Under the pieces are notes generated by a model. The model made no database searches. It was not told the origin of the DNA and was given only the letters and a program-made list of their open reading frames with translations. A stretch of 64,000 bases of DNA from Candidatus Cryptobacteroides sp. (GTDB lineage: Bacteria; Bacteroidota; Bacteroidia; Bacteroidales; UBA932). Both the position numbers and the translations under genes were made by a program. Every line of letters begins with the position of its first letter. Positions within the stretch are counted from its first letter, which is position 1. Location of the stretch: NCBI GenBank assembly GCA_051870055.1, contig JBJEBM010000040.1:697-64696 (forward strand). Direction: 5' to 3'. This document shows, in pieces, positions 1 through 10,284 of this stretch.

Positions 1-569
1 TGAGAAAATTTGTCACTGTCTTTCCATATCTTGCGGACGGACTTCTGCGCTGGAAACCGCTGTCTGAACTGGAACACAATATGAGGCTCGCCCGGGAACG
101 TGACGCTTTGGTCCTGCCTTCAGTTTTCCTTATCTGCATTTTCCTGTCAAGGCTGTCGGTCTTCCGCCCTGAGTTTATGGAGGGAATGGAACCGGGCCTG
201 CGGACGTCCGCCACTTTCGGCGTGTGCGTTGCGTTCCTGCTTGTCCGGAAGGTGATGATGGTGACAGTTCCGCACAGGAAATTCCACAGGAGTGCGTTGA
301 CCGCGGCGAACGGGGCCGGCCGGGATTTCCTCATCCTTGGGAGTGCCGTTTTAATGATAACGGTTATTGTTGCCTCTGTGTCATCCTGGTGCCTGGCACT
401 TTCGAGGCCGCTGGCCTATTATGCCGCAGGCTTTCTCTGGATGGTCTATCTGGTGCGGAAAACACAGATTCTGTCGGCTGATGCTGGTCAATTGCAAGCA
501 TTTTTGTATCTTTGCACCGTGGAAATTCTGCCAGCAGCGCTGTTGGTGGTTTCAATGTTGATTTTGTAG
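1..569 (+). CDS. DUF4271-like membrane protein (5'-truncated by window edge)
   Basis: The frame of the 81..569 ORF is open back to position 3. It has several hydrophobic segments and a C-terminal YLCTVEILP motif, and lies directly upstream of hemD-rnpA-yidD, the usual Bacteroidetes context. Confidence 0.7.
   Translation, partial: RKFVTVFPYLADGLLRWKPLSELEHNMRLARERDALVLPSVFLICIFLSRLSVFRPEFMEGMEPGLRTSATFGVCVAFLLVRKVMMVTVPHRKFHRSALTAANGAGRDFLILGSAVLMITVIVASVSSWCLALSRPLAYYAAGFLWMVYLVRKTQILSADAGQLQAFLYLCTVEILPAALLVVSMLIL
507..514 (+). promoter_or_regulatory. Bacteroidetes -7 promoter element (TATCTTTG) upstream of hemD, inside the DUF4271 gene
   Basis: Exact TAnnTTTG match about 60 nt upstream of the hemD start. 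Confidence 0.5.
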
Positions 570-1322
570 ATGATTATGGCAATTAAGAAGATTCTGATCT
601 CACAGGAGACGCCGATGAACAAGGCTCCCTATGAGGCGCTTATGGAGAAGTATGGGGTGCAGATAGAGTTCAAGCCATTCTTCCTGATTGAGCCTCTTAC
701 TTCAAGAGAGTTTAGAGCGCAACGACTTAACGTGCTGGACTACACGGCTATAGTGTTTTCCGCGAGACATACGATTGACGCCTTTTTCCAGTTGTGTGAG
801 GAATTGAGGGTCAAGGTGCCCGAGACGATGAAATACTTCTGCACGACCGAGGCCGTGGCGATGTATCTTCAGAAACATATTGTTTTCCGTAAAAGAAAGA
901 TTTTCTATGGCAACGGGACTCCGTCTTCTGTTATTGAGCAGATCGGAACCAAGCACAAGGCCGAGAAATTTCTCATAACCACTTCCGATTCCAGCAACGT
1001 GGAGCCTCTCACGAGCCTTTTCAAAGCACAGAATCTGGATTTTACCACATCAGTGTTTGTGAAATCGGTGTCGCAGGATTTGAAGAGCATTTCGCCGGAT
1101 GAATATGATCTGATCGTTTTCTACAATCCGTCAGACATCAAGTCGCTGAAAGAGAATTTCCCTGAGTTCACCCCGGGGAAAGCGAAGTTCGTGACGTTCG
1201 GGAAGCAGATTGTGAAAGCAATGGAGGAGGCAGGACTGCCGGTGGAGATAAAGGCTCCGACGCCGGAGGCCCCGTCTGTAGCCCGTGCGCTGGAGCTCTA
1301 CCTCGAATCGCATAAAGCATAA
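570..1322 (+). CDS. hemD: Uroporphyrinogen-III synthase (Bacteroidetes HemD type)
   Basis: IKKILISQ..P, VPETMKYFC, YLQKHIVFRKRKIF and APTPEAPS motifs. The start may be ATG at 576. Confidence 0.85.
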   Translation: MIMAIKKILISQETPMNKAPYEALMEKYGVQIEFKPFFLIEPLTSREFRAQRLNVLDYTAIVFSARHTIDAFFQLCEELRVKVPETMKYFCTTEAVAMYLQKHIVFRKRKIFYGNGTPSSVIEQIGTKHKAEKFLITTSDSSNVEPLTSLFKAQNLDFTTSVFVKSVSQDLKSISPDEYDLIVFYNPSDIKSLKENFPEFTPGKAKFVTFGKQIVKAMEEAGLPVEIKAPTPEAPSVARALELYLESHKA

Positions 1323-1335
1323 GGTATATATATAC

Positions 1336-1725
1336 TTGGATGGAAAGTTCACATTGAGCAAGCAGGAGAGGCTGTCCTCGAAAGGCGGTCTCGATGCTCT
1401 GCTGTCCTCAGGAAATTATGGCCGAGAGCAGGTGTTGAAATATTGTTACCGCAGATTCAACTCCTTGCCCTACAACAGGATAGTGGTTTCTGTCCCGAAA
1501 AAGTTTTTCCGCAGGGCGGTGAAACGGAATCTGCTGAAAAGGCGTATCCGCGAGGCATACAGGCTGAACAAATACCTTCTTCCTGTCAGTGTGCCGGCCG
1601 TTCCGGATGAAAGGGGCGGTGGTACTGATATCCTCTTCATCTACAGTTCCAAAGAGGTGATGAACCAGGACCGGGTGACCTCGATGGTGGTGTCAGTCCT
1701 GAAAACTGTCGCGTCTTATGAATGA
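1336..1725 (+). CDS. rnpA: Ribonuclease P protein component
   Basis: FTLSKQERL at the N-terminus and [26 protein letters not shown] (RNR motif). TTG at 1336 was chosen as start because it avoids overlap with hemD. Confidence 0.92.
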   Translation: MDGKFTLSKQERLSSKGGLDALLSSGNYGREQVLKYCYRRFNSLPYNRIVVSVPKKFFRRAVKRNLLKRRIREAYRLNKYLLPVSVPAVPDERGGGTDILFIYSSKEVMNQDRVTSMVVSVLKTVASYE

Positions 1726-1984
1726 AACCGGAACATACGGAAAGTCAAAAATATGGAAGTTTCTGAAGAAAGCATCCATATTTCCGTTCATTGTGCTCAT
1801 CCGGTTCTACCAGACCTGCATATCTCCTTTTACACCGTCATCGTGCAGATTTACCCCCACCTGCTCTGCCTACGCACTTGAGGCATTCCGCAAATGGGGG
1901 CCGTTCAAAGGTCTGTATCTCACAGTCCGCCGCCTTCTGAGATGTCATCCCTGGGGCGGGTCGGGCTATGATCCTGTTCCGTAA
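1718..1984 (+). CDS. yidD: Membrane protein insertion efficiency factor
   Basis: [11 protein letters not shown]...G and [14 protein letters not shown] motifs; follows rnpA. Confidence 0.95.
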   Translation: MNETGTYGKSKIWKFLKKASIFPFIVLIRFYQTCISPFTPSSCRFTPTCSAYALEAFRKWGPFKGLYLTVRRLLRCHPWGGSGYDPVP

Positions 1985-3100
1985 TTATCTGATACCGTAT
2001 TTCTTGAGAATTTTCAGCACAGGCTTCTGGATGGACTCTGCCCAAAGAGTGTAGCCGTAGTCTCCCGGATGTGTGCCGTCAACACTTGTGTCGTGCTTCG
2101 GAGAGGTCGCATTGGTTGTTGTGACGAAATACACATCTTTGTATTTTTTGACGGCTTCCGCCATAAGCTCGTCCACAACCTTGATCCTGTCGCTTTCGTT
2201 TTTGTCGGTAGCAAGGTCGAAATTCCTTCTCTCCCTGTAAATCGTGTGCTGGAAGATAAGCGGTATGCCGGGATGTGCCGCCTGAATCTTCTCGATGAAC
2301 GGGAAGAGGCGCTCCTGAATTTCAGTTATAGTGGGATTGGAGAAAGAATCGAATATAAATGCCTCAATGTCAGGTGCTTGGGCAAGGGCGTCAGCAAATT
2401 GAGGCTGCATTTTGCAATTGCCGGAGCATCCGATGCTGAGCAGCTGGATTCCGGTGTTCCTGCTGAACTGGGCAGGATAAGCCATGCCGGGGCGTGAAGA
2501 ACTGGTGCCCTGTGTGAAGCTGGAGCCGAAGATGGCTACTCTGTGCCTGAACGGCGCGTCACCTTTCTCGATAGTGGCGCCTGACTGCACGCCTATCTGG
2601 ACTGAATACTCCTCGCTGAAGAGAGGCAGGTAGAGCAGGCACTCTTTCATAATGCCGTCCATATTCTTGATAAGAACAGTGTTGTATCCGTCCTCTTTGT
2701 CAATCGGGCCGCATCCGGCAGCTGCCCATACCCATCTTCCGTCTTTCTTGATGTACAGGTCAAATCCCCTGGAAGCGTATCCTCCTACGTGAGAAGCATA
2801 TTGCTTGTAACCATAAGTGGCTTTTACTGAAATGGTTGTGGAGTTTGTCCTGAATGATACGGCGATGCCGGAGGACTGTCTCACCTGCTCGTTCTCGCGC
2901 TTTGTGAAACCTTTGTGTTTCACAGTGTCGATGCGGTGGTATGGGTTCGGAGTGTCCGGGAAAAGCTTACCTGTGAGGGTCAGGTCAGACGCCTCTGTAA
3001 ATACGTACTTCACATCTTTCGGAGTCTGTGCTCCGGATGTCTGGCCGGAGACCAGAAAGAATGCGGCCGTGGCCGCCGCAATGATGCATAAATGTTTCAT
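1985..3100 (-). CDS. Secreted SGNH/GDSL hydrolase with N-terminal GxDLY domain
   Basis: Signal peptide, RGFDLY motif, FGSSFTQG (block I) and DGTHP (block V). Confidence 0.85.
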   Translation of the reverse strand: MKHLCIIAAATAAFFLVSGQTSGAQTPKDVKYVFTEASDLTLTGKLFPDTPNPYHRIDTVKHKGFTKRENEQVRQSSGIAVSFRTNSTTISVKATYGYKQYASHVGGYASRGFDLYIKKDGRWVWAAAGCGPIDKEDGYNTVLIKNMDGIMKECLLYLPLFSEEYSVQIGVQSGATIEKGDAPFRHRVAIFGSSFTQGTSSSRPGMAYPAQFSRNTGIQLLSIGCSGNCKMQPQFADALAQAPDIEAFIFDSFSNPTITEIQERLFPFIEKIQAAHPGIPLIFQHTIYRERRNFDLATDKNESDRIKVVDELMAEAVKKYKDVYFVTTTNATSPKHDTSVDGTHPGDYGYTLWAESIQKPVLKILKKYGIR

Positions 3101-3187
3101 TTTATTGAATTTTAGTGATTTCAGGCTTCAATGGTGCTGAAAGTTAAATTATATTGTTCAAATTTAGTTAAAATTCCGAATTCTCCC

Positions 3188-3195
3188 TATTTTTG
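3188..3195 (+). promoter_or_regulatory. -7 promoter element (TATTTTTG) for the MFS transporter
   Basis: TAnnTTTG match in the AT-rich divergent intergenic region. Confidence 0.5.
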
Positions 3196-3242
3196 CAATG
3201 GCAAATACGGGATAAATATTTCCCGCAGGAAAGCCGTAACAG

Positions 3243-4610
3243 ATGAGCTTATATACATTCTTCAGGATAAGCAAGCCGTCGTCTTCAAAAGTCCCTGAAA
3301 ACGAGGTGGATAACGTTTACAGAAAACTTCGGGCACGCACATTCTGGGGCGCCGCCGCGGCATATAGCCTGTACTATGTCTGCAGGATGACCCTGAGTGT
3401 GGTGAAGCAGCCTCTTATTGACGGGGGCGTGCTTTCGGCCGGAGAACTCGGGCTTGTGGGCTCGGCTATGCTGCTTGTCTATGCTTTCGGCAAATTCACC
3501 AACGGGTTCATTGCGGATTATTGCAACATCAGACGGTTTATGGCCGTCGGACTTTTCGTCTCCGCCACAGTCAATCTTGTAATGGGCCTGCTCGGATTCC
3601 TCGGAACCGCCCTTGGAATATCGGGCATTGTGGTGTTCATTGCGTTCTTCATTCTCTGGGGCGCGAACGGATGGGTCCAGTCAATGGGAGCGCCTCCCGG
3701 AATCATCAATCTGTCGAGATGGTTCCCATTGTCCCGGAGGGGAACATATTACAGCATTTTCAGCGCTACTCCGTATCTGGGCAAATTCCTGACTTTCATC
3801 CTGACCGGAGTGCTTGTCGGCGCTCTCGGCTGGGAATGGGGATTCATCTTCGCCGCCGCTGCCGGATTCGCCGGCACTGCGATTGTGCTGTTTTTCGTCT
3901 CGGACACGCCTGAAAGCAAGGGCCTTCCGTCCGTCCAGCAGCTGTCCGGAGAGACTCCGAAAAAGGTTGACTCAATGCCGACGAAGGCGCTTCAGAAGAT
4001 TGTGCTCAGGCATCCGGGCCTGTGGATTATCGCAGTCTCAAGCGCATTTGTATATATCACGCAGTATGCGGTGAGCGGATGGGGCGTGCTGTTTCTGCAG
4101 AAGGCAAAGGATTTCTCGCTTCCTGCCGCAACCCAGATTATAGCATTCTCCGAGGCGTTCGGTGTGGCCGGAACAATCTTCGCCGGCTGGCTGTCCGACA
4201 CTGTGTTCAGAGGCGACCGTGTCAAGCCTGTGGTGCTTTCTGGAGTCTGCTGCCTGGTATCTCTTGGGCTCTTCCTGTTCACGTCAGGAGGATATGTGCT
4301 GAATGTGGTCTATGTGTCATTCTTCAGCCTGTTCATAGGCGTGCTCTACTGCATTGTGGCCGGCCTGATGGCGGTTGACATTGTTCCCCGCAAGGCCACC
4401 GGGGCGGCTCTCGGCATCGTCGGAATCTCCTCGTATGTGGCTGCCGCTGTGCAGGATGTGGTCAGCGGATATCTTATCGAGGGCAATGTGAATGCGGCAG
4501 GAGTCTATGATTTCTCTCCCGCCGCGATATTCTGGCTTGCCGCCTGTCTGCTGTCCTTCCTGTTGCCGGTGCTCAACTGGCGGTCAATGAAAAGGCAGGT
4601 TGTGGAATAG
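3243..4610 (+). CDS. MFS transporter, organophosphate:Pi antiporter (GlpT/UhpC) family
   Basis: About 12 TM helices; YYVCR, YAFGKF.NG..AD, NGWVQSMG.PP, WF...RG, DTPESKGLP and D.VP.KATGAA.G..G motifs. Confidence 0.85.
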   Translation: MSLYTFFRISKPSSSKVPENEVDNVYRKLRARTFWGAAAAYSLYYVCRMTLSVVKQPLIDGGVLSAGELGLVGSAMLLVYAFGKFTNGFIADYCNIRRFMAVGLFVSATVNLVMGLLGFLGTALGISGIVVFIAFFILWGANGWVQSMGAPPGIINLSRWFPLSRRGTYYSIFSATPYLGKFLTFILTGVLVGALGWEWGFIFAAAAGFAGTAIVLFFVSDTPESKGLPSVQQLSGETPKKVDSMPTKALQKIVLRHPGLWIIAVSSAFVYITQYAVSGWGVLFLQKAKDFSLPAATQIIAFSEAFGVAGTIFAGWLSDTVFRGDRVKPVVLSGVCCLVSLGLFLFTSGGYVLNVVYVSFFSLFIGVLYCIVAGLMAVDIVPRKATGAALGIVGISSYVAAAVQDVVSGYLIEGNVNAAGVYDFSPAAIFWLAACLLSFLLPVLNWRSMKRQVVE

Positions 4611-4619
4611 TCCATTATC

Positions 4620-5147
4620 TCACATCAGCTTGCGTAGTTCTGCGAGCGCGCAGGAAATGTGATACTGCACTGTTTTCGGGCTGATGTCGAGGGCTTCCGC
4701 TATCTCCTGATAAGTCTTGTCCTCGAATCTGCTCATCTTGAATATTTTCTTGCGCAGTTCCGACATCCCTTCCAGGGAAACATTGATCTTGTCCAGCAGG
4801 TCTGCGGTGTCAGCCATTCCGGAAGCGTCATCTTCGAGTACGGAGTCTCCGGAGCGGGACTTGGCGAAAAGCTGCCTGACATTCTGCTCCCTGAGCCTGT
4901 TCAGCACGGCGTTGTGCGTGACCCTGAACAGATATGACTTGAAAGACCGCACTTCCTTCAGCTCCGTCCGGGAGTTCCAGATACGGATGAAAATGTCCTG
5001 GGTCAGATCCTCGGCCTCCGCACTGTTCTTGAGCAGTGCGGCGCACCAGTTCCTGACCAGCGGAGCGTAGGCCACATAGAGGATGTCAAGAGCTTTGACA
5101 TCCCCGTATGAAAGCCTATAAAGTGTGTCTTTTTCGTTCATAGACAC
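4620..5147 (-). CDS. ECF RNA polymerase sigma-70 factor
   Basis: AEDLTQDIFIRIW, FKSYLFRVTHN and region-4 YQEIAEALDISPKTV motifs. The start may be 5141. Confidence 0.92.
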   Translation of the reverse strand: MSMNEKDTLYRLSYGDVKALDILYVAYAPLVRNWCAALLKNSAEAEDLTQDIFIRIWNSRTELKEVRSFKSYLFRVTHNAVLNRLREQNVRQLFAKSRSGDSVLEDDASGMADTADLLDKINVSLEGMSELRKKIFKMSRFEDKTYQEIAEALDISPKTVQYHISCALAELRKLM

Positions 5148-5159
5148 GAATATAGCAAT

Positions 5160-6836
5160 TTACCAACTTTTTACCCTGACTTTGTACATATCCATATCGG
5201 GAACTCTGATGATACGGTCTGTATCAGCTGAATTCCGGTCGATGCCGTGCCTTATTTTCTGGGATGACCAGCTCTCGTTTCCTTCCGGAACAGTGGCATC
5301 AGTGTACCAGAACTCCCCGGTTTCAGGATTGTAGTTCAGTGATTTGATACCAGTCGAATTAGTGAAATGCTTCATCTCGTCGAATGAACCGGTGTTGAGG
5401 TTGTAAAGATATGCTTTCACGCCGGCAACGCAGAGGGTGTTGTCATCAATGAAAGTAAGGTCGTGCAGGCCTCCCTGCGGTGTACTTGCACTCTTGACAA
5501 GCTTGAGCGATGCTGCCCCCGAATCCATACCCTCGATTGTGTATGTCTGGAGCACATTATTGCCTGCGGCGTAGAGCTCCTGGCGCTGGCTGTTCCATAC
5601 CACTCCGTGGGCCGAGTTGAGGTCCGACCTGGAGATGATTTCATTCGAGTGGTTGATGTCGTAGAGTTGCACTTTGCTGTAGTCATCTGTGCTTCCTGTA
5701 GAGCAGGCCACGGCAATGTACTTGCCCATTATGTATTCCGCAGAATGCGCGTTAGGGCACTGGGTGCTGTAGAACAAGACTTTGGATGTGGCGATGTCCA
5801 CCAGGGCGCACCAGTTGTAAGAGCTGCTGAGCAGCAGTTTCTTGCCGTTGTCCACTATCTTGCAGTCGTCCAGATGGTCGCATCTGCTTTCCGGCAGGCC
5901 CAACTGGGAGGCGAGGGTCCTCACGTCCAGGCTCCAGATGACACCTTCAGTATAAATGTCTTTTACGAGGTCCGCATTGATCATATAGACCATATTGTCT
6001 CCGCAGAATACAAGTACTGTTGACTCGCTTTCGGCCGCCGCTCCGGTCACATATCTTCCGCCACGTGTGAGGGTTATCTCATCCGGGAGAGTTGAGGTCA
6101 TTGTCTCTCCGTTTTCAGTGGTGATGGTCACCTCGATTCCTTCCGGCAATGTCACAGGCGCGCAGAACACCGGGACTTCCCGGCTTGCGCTGCGGCAGTC
6201 AAGCGCCTCGGGGAGATTGACAGTAATCTCGGATGAGGATGACTGGCAGGCAGTAGGGTCTGAAATGGCAGTCCGGGTCTCACCGGCTATCATCACTCCG
6301 CCTTTCGCCTTGACAGTGATACTTTTGACAGAATAATCACCCCTGGCAACCGGAATGTAGAGAGTTCCGGTGACGGCTTCCAGTTCAAATTTGCAGCCGT
6401 TGTAGGAATTGATGACGGCGTTGTCCGTGCCGAGCATCAGCGGCGTCCAGTTTCCGTCCTGCGTCTCAGGAATTGTGTAGATAATATCCCCGTCCTCAAG
6501 ATTTATGCTTTCATCTGCAGGATACCAGCAGACTACGTCGGACGGCTCTGTGGTCGCCTTGATGTTGAACAGGAACAGTGACCTGTTGGAGCCGGGCATA
6601 AGCGGAGCTGCTGAAGCGGACTGTGCCGAGCCTCCGGCATCGAGCATGATGGCTGCCCTGTCGGATTCCTGAAGGACTGTCCTGATGTTCTTCTGCCCGG
6701 CCCCGTAATATGAGCCGAGCGTGATGTCGCATTTCGAAGCGAGGTCCCTGACCCCGTCCCCGTCATCCGAGCAGGAGATTAGGGACGAAATCAGAATGGC
6801 CGTGCTACCTAAATATGAGAGTATTCTTTTGTACAT
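5160..6836 (-). CDS. Lipoprotein with fimbrillin-like N-terminal part and DUF6528-like beta-propeller C-terminus
   Basis: Lipobox LISC; NAHSAE, SAHGVVW, GLHDL and terminal MYKVR motifs. Confidence 0.6.
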   Translation of the reverse strand: MYKRILSYLGSTAILISSLISCSDDGDGVRDLASKCDITLGSYYGAGQKNIRTVLQESDRAAIMLDAGGSAQSASAAPLMPGSNRSLFLFNIKATTEPSDVVCWYPADESINLEDGDIIYTIPETQDGNWTPLMLGTDNAVINSYNGCKFELEAVTGTLYIPVARGDYSVKSITVKAKGGVMIAGETRTAISDPTACQSSSSEITVNLPEALDCRSASREVPVFCAPVTLPEGIEVTITTENGETMTSTLPDEITLTRGGRYVTGAAAESESTVLVFCGDNMVYMINADLVKDIYTEGVIWSLDVRTLASQLGLPESRCDHLDDCKIVDNGKKLLLSSSYNWCALVDIATSKVLFYSTQCPNAHSAEYIMGKYIAVACSTGSTDDYSKVQLYDINHSNEIISRSDLNSAHGVVWNSQRQELYAAGNNVLQTYTIEGMDSGAASLKLVKSASTPQGGLHDLTFIDDNTLCVAGVKAYLYNLNTGSFDEMKHFTNSTGIKSLNYNPETGEFWYTDATVPEGNESWSSQKIRHGIDRNSADTDRIIRVPDMDMYKVRVKSW

Positions 6837-6855
6837 TTCTCAATCTGTTTTGGTG

Positions 6856-8883
6856 TTATTTTATACAATTGGAACCGCAGATATCGCCTCCGGAAGTACT
6901 CCAGCCCTCAGCCCTTTCGCCGCCTACATATTTGGCTGCGAAATAACCGTTGGCACTGGCGCTTCCGATGAAGCAGGAATATAGCATTCCGTTGAGGAGG
7001 TTGTTTCCGGCCATCTGCTTCTGGTTGGAGTCACCATCGTCATAGGTCCAGGAGTCAATCACAGCTCCGTCTTTGCTGAAGATGTAGCTTACGTTTCCTT
7101 CCTGGCCGGATGTGATGTAATATCTGTTCTTCGAGTCAACACAAGGATGCGAGAAGTTGAAGGCGTTGGCTGTAGATCCGCCAGACATCACGTGCTTGTA
7201 CGACCAGTTGACAGCTGTCAGATCTTTGTCGATGCAATATACAACACAGTCCTTGCAGCCGACAAATACATTTCCGTCCGGTGCGACGACTGGAACGTAA
7301 GGATTGTTCCCGGCGAATACGAAATTGTCCTTGATTATGGTTTCTGCATCAATGTCGAATGAGCTGAGGCCGTTTGCCACAGGCAGATATACAGTCTTCT
7401 TGTCAGCAGCCACGGCAAAGCCGGTGATTCCGACCATAGATGAGGTCATTGCAAGAGTCTTGCGCAGGCTTCCGTCCGCAGCATTGAGGAAATACAAGCT
7501 CTTTCCGGCACCGACTACTACCTTGTCGCCCTTGACAATGAGACCGGCTGCAGCTCCGGAGAACGCGGCCTGCCAGTTCTTCGCACCGCTTGCAGCATTG
7601 AGGGAGAACAGTTTGCCAGCCTTGTCAGCGACATAGACCGTGCTTCCGTCAGCGCTCACCGCCGGTGCCGTGCTCTGCATTGACCCTGCCTCAGTGAACT
7701 GCCATTTCAGTGTCCCGTCAGGCGTTACTGCATAGAACTGTCCCGCAGTCGTGGTGCCGTAGTAAATGTCTCCGGTTACCGGATTGACTGTCAGAGGGTT
7801 GTAACTGCCGCTGTTCTTTGCCGGGATATATTTCCATTTCAATCCGCCGCTTTCCGTGTCGAACGCATACAGGCCGGCATTACCATTGAAGGTAATGATA
7901 TACACGGTCTTTCCGTCAGGTGAAAATACAGGGCAGGTGCCCTTGAAACCGTTGTATCCTCCGCTTGTAACCTCCCATTCATTGAAGTGGATAAGGTATT
8001 CTCTTACAGTTACTTCTATAGTCCAGCTCTTGTCCTTGCCCTTGAGGTTGGCGGTCAGTGTCACTTTCTGGACTCCCGGGGCGAAGATGCTGGATTTCAC
8101 CACTTCACCCTCCTTGACAGAACCGTCCGGGAATGTCCATCTGATATCGGTGGCGTATGGATATCCTTTAATGTTGAAAGTGAATGTGATAAGCTGTCCG
8201 GCAGCTATATTGTCCCTGTCGAGGAAATAAGGGATGGCCATTGTCGGCATCACCTTGATGACTTTGGCCTCGGCCGGACCCTTGGCATAATTGGCGGTGA
8301 GGCTGAAATAATATTTTATGTCATTCTCGAGTCCTGTGACAGTATATTCAGTCTGGTCGCCTTCCAGGGAAACTTCGCTTCTTGCCGCCTCGTCAGTCTC
8401 AGGCCACCAGGCTAAATCATAAGACAATACTGTGGTGGCAGGTGCCTCCCAGGCAAGGTCCACAGTAGCATCGGTTCCGACGCCATCGAAGACCTTTACC
8501 GGGAACCTGCTGGTGGACGGTTTTGCCTTCGCCTCCACTCCGTTGGAGACAAGCTTACCGTAAACCGCCTGGACTGCAAATACATAGTCGGTTCCGTTGA
8601 TGAGATTGGATATGGTCCATTCGGTCTGGATGCCTGTATTTACAGTCTCTTTTCCATTCGGTCCGGTGTAGGTAATGATATAGTCGGTCGGATTCCATCC
8701 TTCCGCTGCGTTCCAGGTCAGCAGGACTTCTTCGTCTCCAGGCACGGCTTTCAGGTTCTCTACCTGGTGGCGTCCCGCTCCGGCCTCCGGTATGTCCTCT
8801 TTCCAGCAGGAAACAGTGGCAAGGCAGATGCCGGTGAGCATTATAATATTTGATAATCTTTTCATTTTCATAACCTTATACAT
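6856..8883 (-). CDS. Surface lipoprotein with two Fn3 domains, a PKD-like domain and PQQ-like beta-propeller repeats
   Basis: Lipobox TVSC; L.NGTDY.F.V.A and GLEND..Y.F.L.A Fn3 motifs; repeated G.LKW motifs. The start may be 8865. Confidence 0.75.
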   Translation of the reverse strand: MYKVMKMKRLSNIIMLTGICLATVSCWKEDIPEAGAGRHQVENLKAVPGDEEVLLTWNAAEGWNPTDYIITYTGPNGKETVNTGIQTEWTISNLINGTDYVFAVQAVYGKLVSNGVEAKAKPSTSRFPVKVFDGVGTDATVDLAWEAPATTVLSYDLAWWPETDEAARSEVSLEGDQTEYTVTGLENDIKYYFSLTANYAKGPAEAKVIKVMPTMAIPYFLDRDNIAAGQLITFTFNIKGYPYATDIRWTFPDGSVKEGEVVKSSIFAPGVQKVTLTANLKGKDKSWTIEVTVREYLIHFNEWEVTSGGYNGFKGTCPVFSPDGKTVYIITFNGNAGLYAFDTESGGLKWKYIPAKNSGSYNPLTVNPVTGDIYYGTTTAGQFYAVTPDGTLKWQFTEAGSMQSTAPAVSADGSTVYVADKAGKLFSLNAASGAKNWQAAFSGAAAGLIVKGDKVVVGAGKSLYFLNAADGSLRKTLAMTSSMVGITGFAVAADKKTVYLPVANGLSSFDIDAETIIKDNFVFAGNNPYVPVVAPDGNVFVGCKDCVVYCIDKDLTAVNWSYKHVMSGGSTANAFNFSHPCVDSKNRYYITSGQEGNVSYIFSKDGAVIDSWTYDDGDSNQKQMAGNNLLNGMLYSCFIGSASANGYFAAKYVGGERAEGWSTSGGDICGSNCIK

Positions 8884-10278
8884 TTAATCACCATAACCAG
8901 GATTCTGCCAGAGGATGGATTTGTCGTTGACAATCTGAATCTGGTCCTGTGGAATAGGGAATATCAGCTGGTGCGCATCAAGCGTGTAGCCCATATCTTT
9001 GAAATAGCTTACCGCCAGTCCGAGACGTACCAGGTCATACCATCTCTGTCCCTCAAGTGCGAACTCCCTTCCGCGCTCATCGGCAAGTTCCCGGATAAAT
9101 GCTTCTTTACCGGAAACTTCGTCTGCTGTCAGGACCGGCAGCCCCGCGCGGGTCCTGGTCCTGTTCAACTGTGCTACCGCTCCCGGAATGTCCCCGGTCT
9201 GGCATAATGCCTCGGCGTACATAAGCACCAGGTCAGCATAGCGGATGAGTGGGAAATCATTCCCGACCTGTGTCGTGTATGTGGCGTCATAGGTGTCCAT
9301 CCACTTGTTCATAGCATAGAGCTTGTCATTGATTTTGGTGTATGTGTTTATGAGCGGAAGCCTGCTGTCGGATGCGTCATACAGGGCCTTGAACTTCGGA
9401 GTAGGATTCCGGATGTCATCCATCACCGGGGTGTTCGAACTGTACCAGTATCCGTGTCCGTTGTCGTTTGTCTTGTTGTAATACAGGGCGAAAATAATCT
9501 CCTTGTTCATCTTGTTCTTCACATCGAAAGCCGCGGCAGTGGATGTCATCAGCCCGAATCCGCCGTCCGTCATAGCCTCCTCAATGATATTCTTCGCCTC
9601 GTTGTATTTGCCGAAGGTAAGATAAACCTTCGCAAGAAGTGACTGGGCGGCGATTCTGGTGACCCTGGCCTTTTCAGCAGGCTGGGCGAGAGGCAGAAGC
9701 TCAGCTGCTTCGGTCAGGTCATTGACAAGCAGGTCATACATCTCCTCGTCCGTGCATCTCTTGATAGTCTTTGCCTTGGCCGGTGTCACGACAGTTGTGG
9801 TGACCGGCACTGTGCCGAAAGTCCTGTAAAGATTGAAATAGAACCAGGAACGGATGAAGAGGCATTCGCCCCTGTATTTCCCGATATTCGGGAGATCTTT
9901 GCCGGCGGCGTGGTCAAGGACGTCGTTGCAGCGGTAAACGCCATTGTACCAGTTGTTCCAGACACTGCTGAGGATTCCGTTGTAGGAATTCTCCTGGAAA
10001 TGGTCAATGTCGTATCTGTCCTGAGTGGAAACTGCCATCGATTCCAGAATGCATTCGTCACTGCGGTATGCGAGTTCGGTCAGGAAGAAACTCATATTGA
10101 CCTTGAGCTTGTAGTAGCAGGAATATACGCCCTGGTTGAAGTCATCGTCGGTCTTGTAGAAGTTGCCTTCGGTAATGCTGTTTGCCGGATACTGCTCGAA
10201 GAAATTCTCACCGCAGGAAGCCGCGCCCAGCAGTGCCGTTCCGGCAAGTATGTATTTCAATATGTTTTTCATTTTCAT
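8884..10278 (-). CDS. RagB/SusD family lipoprotein
   Basis: Lipobox AASC; IRYADLVLMYAEA, ERGREFALEGQRWYDLVR and QNPGY motifs. Confidence 0.95.
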   Translation of the reverse strand: MKMKNILKYILAGTALLGAASCGENFFEQYPANSITEGNFYKTDDDFNQGVYSCYYKLKVNMSFFLTELAYRSDECILESMAVSTQDRYDIDHFQENSYNGILSSVWNNWYNGVYRCNDVLDHAAGKDLPNIGKYRGECLFIRSWFYFNLYRTFGTVPVTTTVVTPAKAKTIKRCTDEEMYDLLVNDLTEAAELLPLAQPAEKARVTRIAAQSLLAKVYLTFGKYNEAKNIIEEAMTDGGFGLMTSTAAAFDVKNKMNKEIIFALYYNKTNDNGHGYWYSSNTPVMDDIRNPTPKFKALYDASDSRLPLINTYTKINDKLYAMNKWMDTYDATYTTQVGNDFPLIRYADLVLMYAEALCQTGDIPGAVAQLNRTRTRAGLPVLTADEVSGKEAFIRELADERGREFALEGQRWYDLVRLGLAVSYFKDMGYTLDAHQLIFPIPQDQIQIVNDKSILWQNPGYGD

Positions 10279-10284
10279 ATCACA

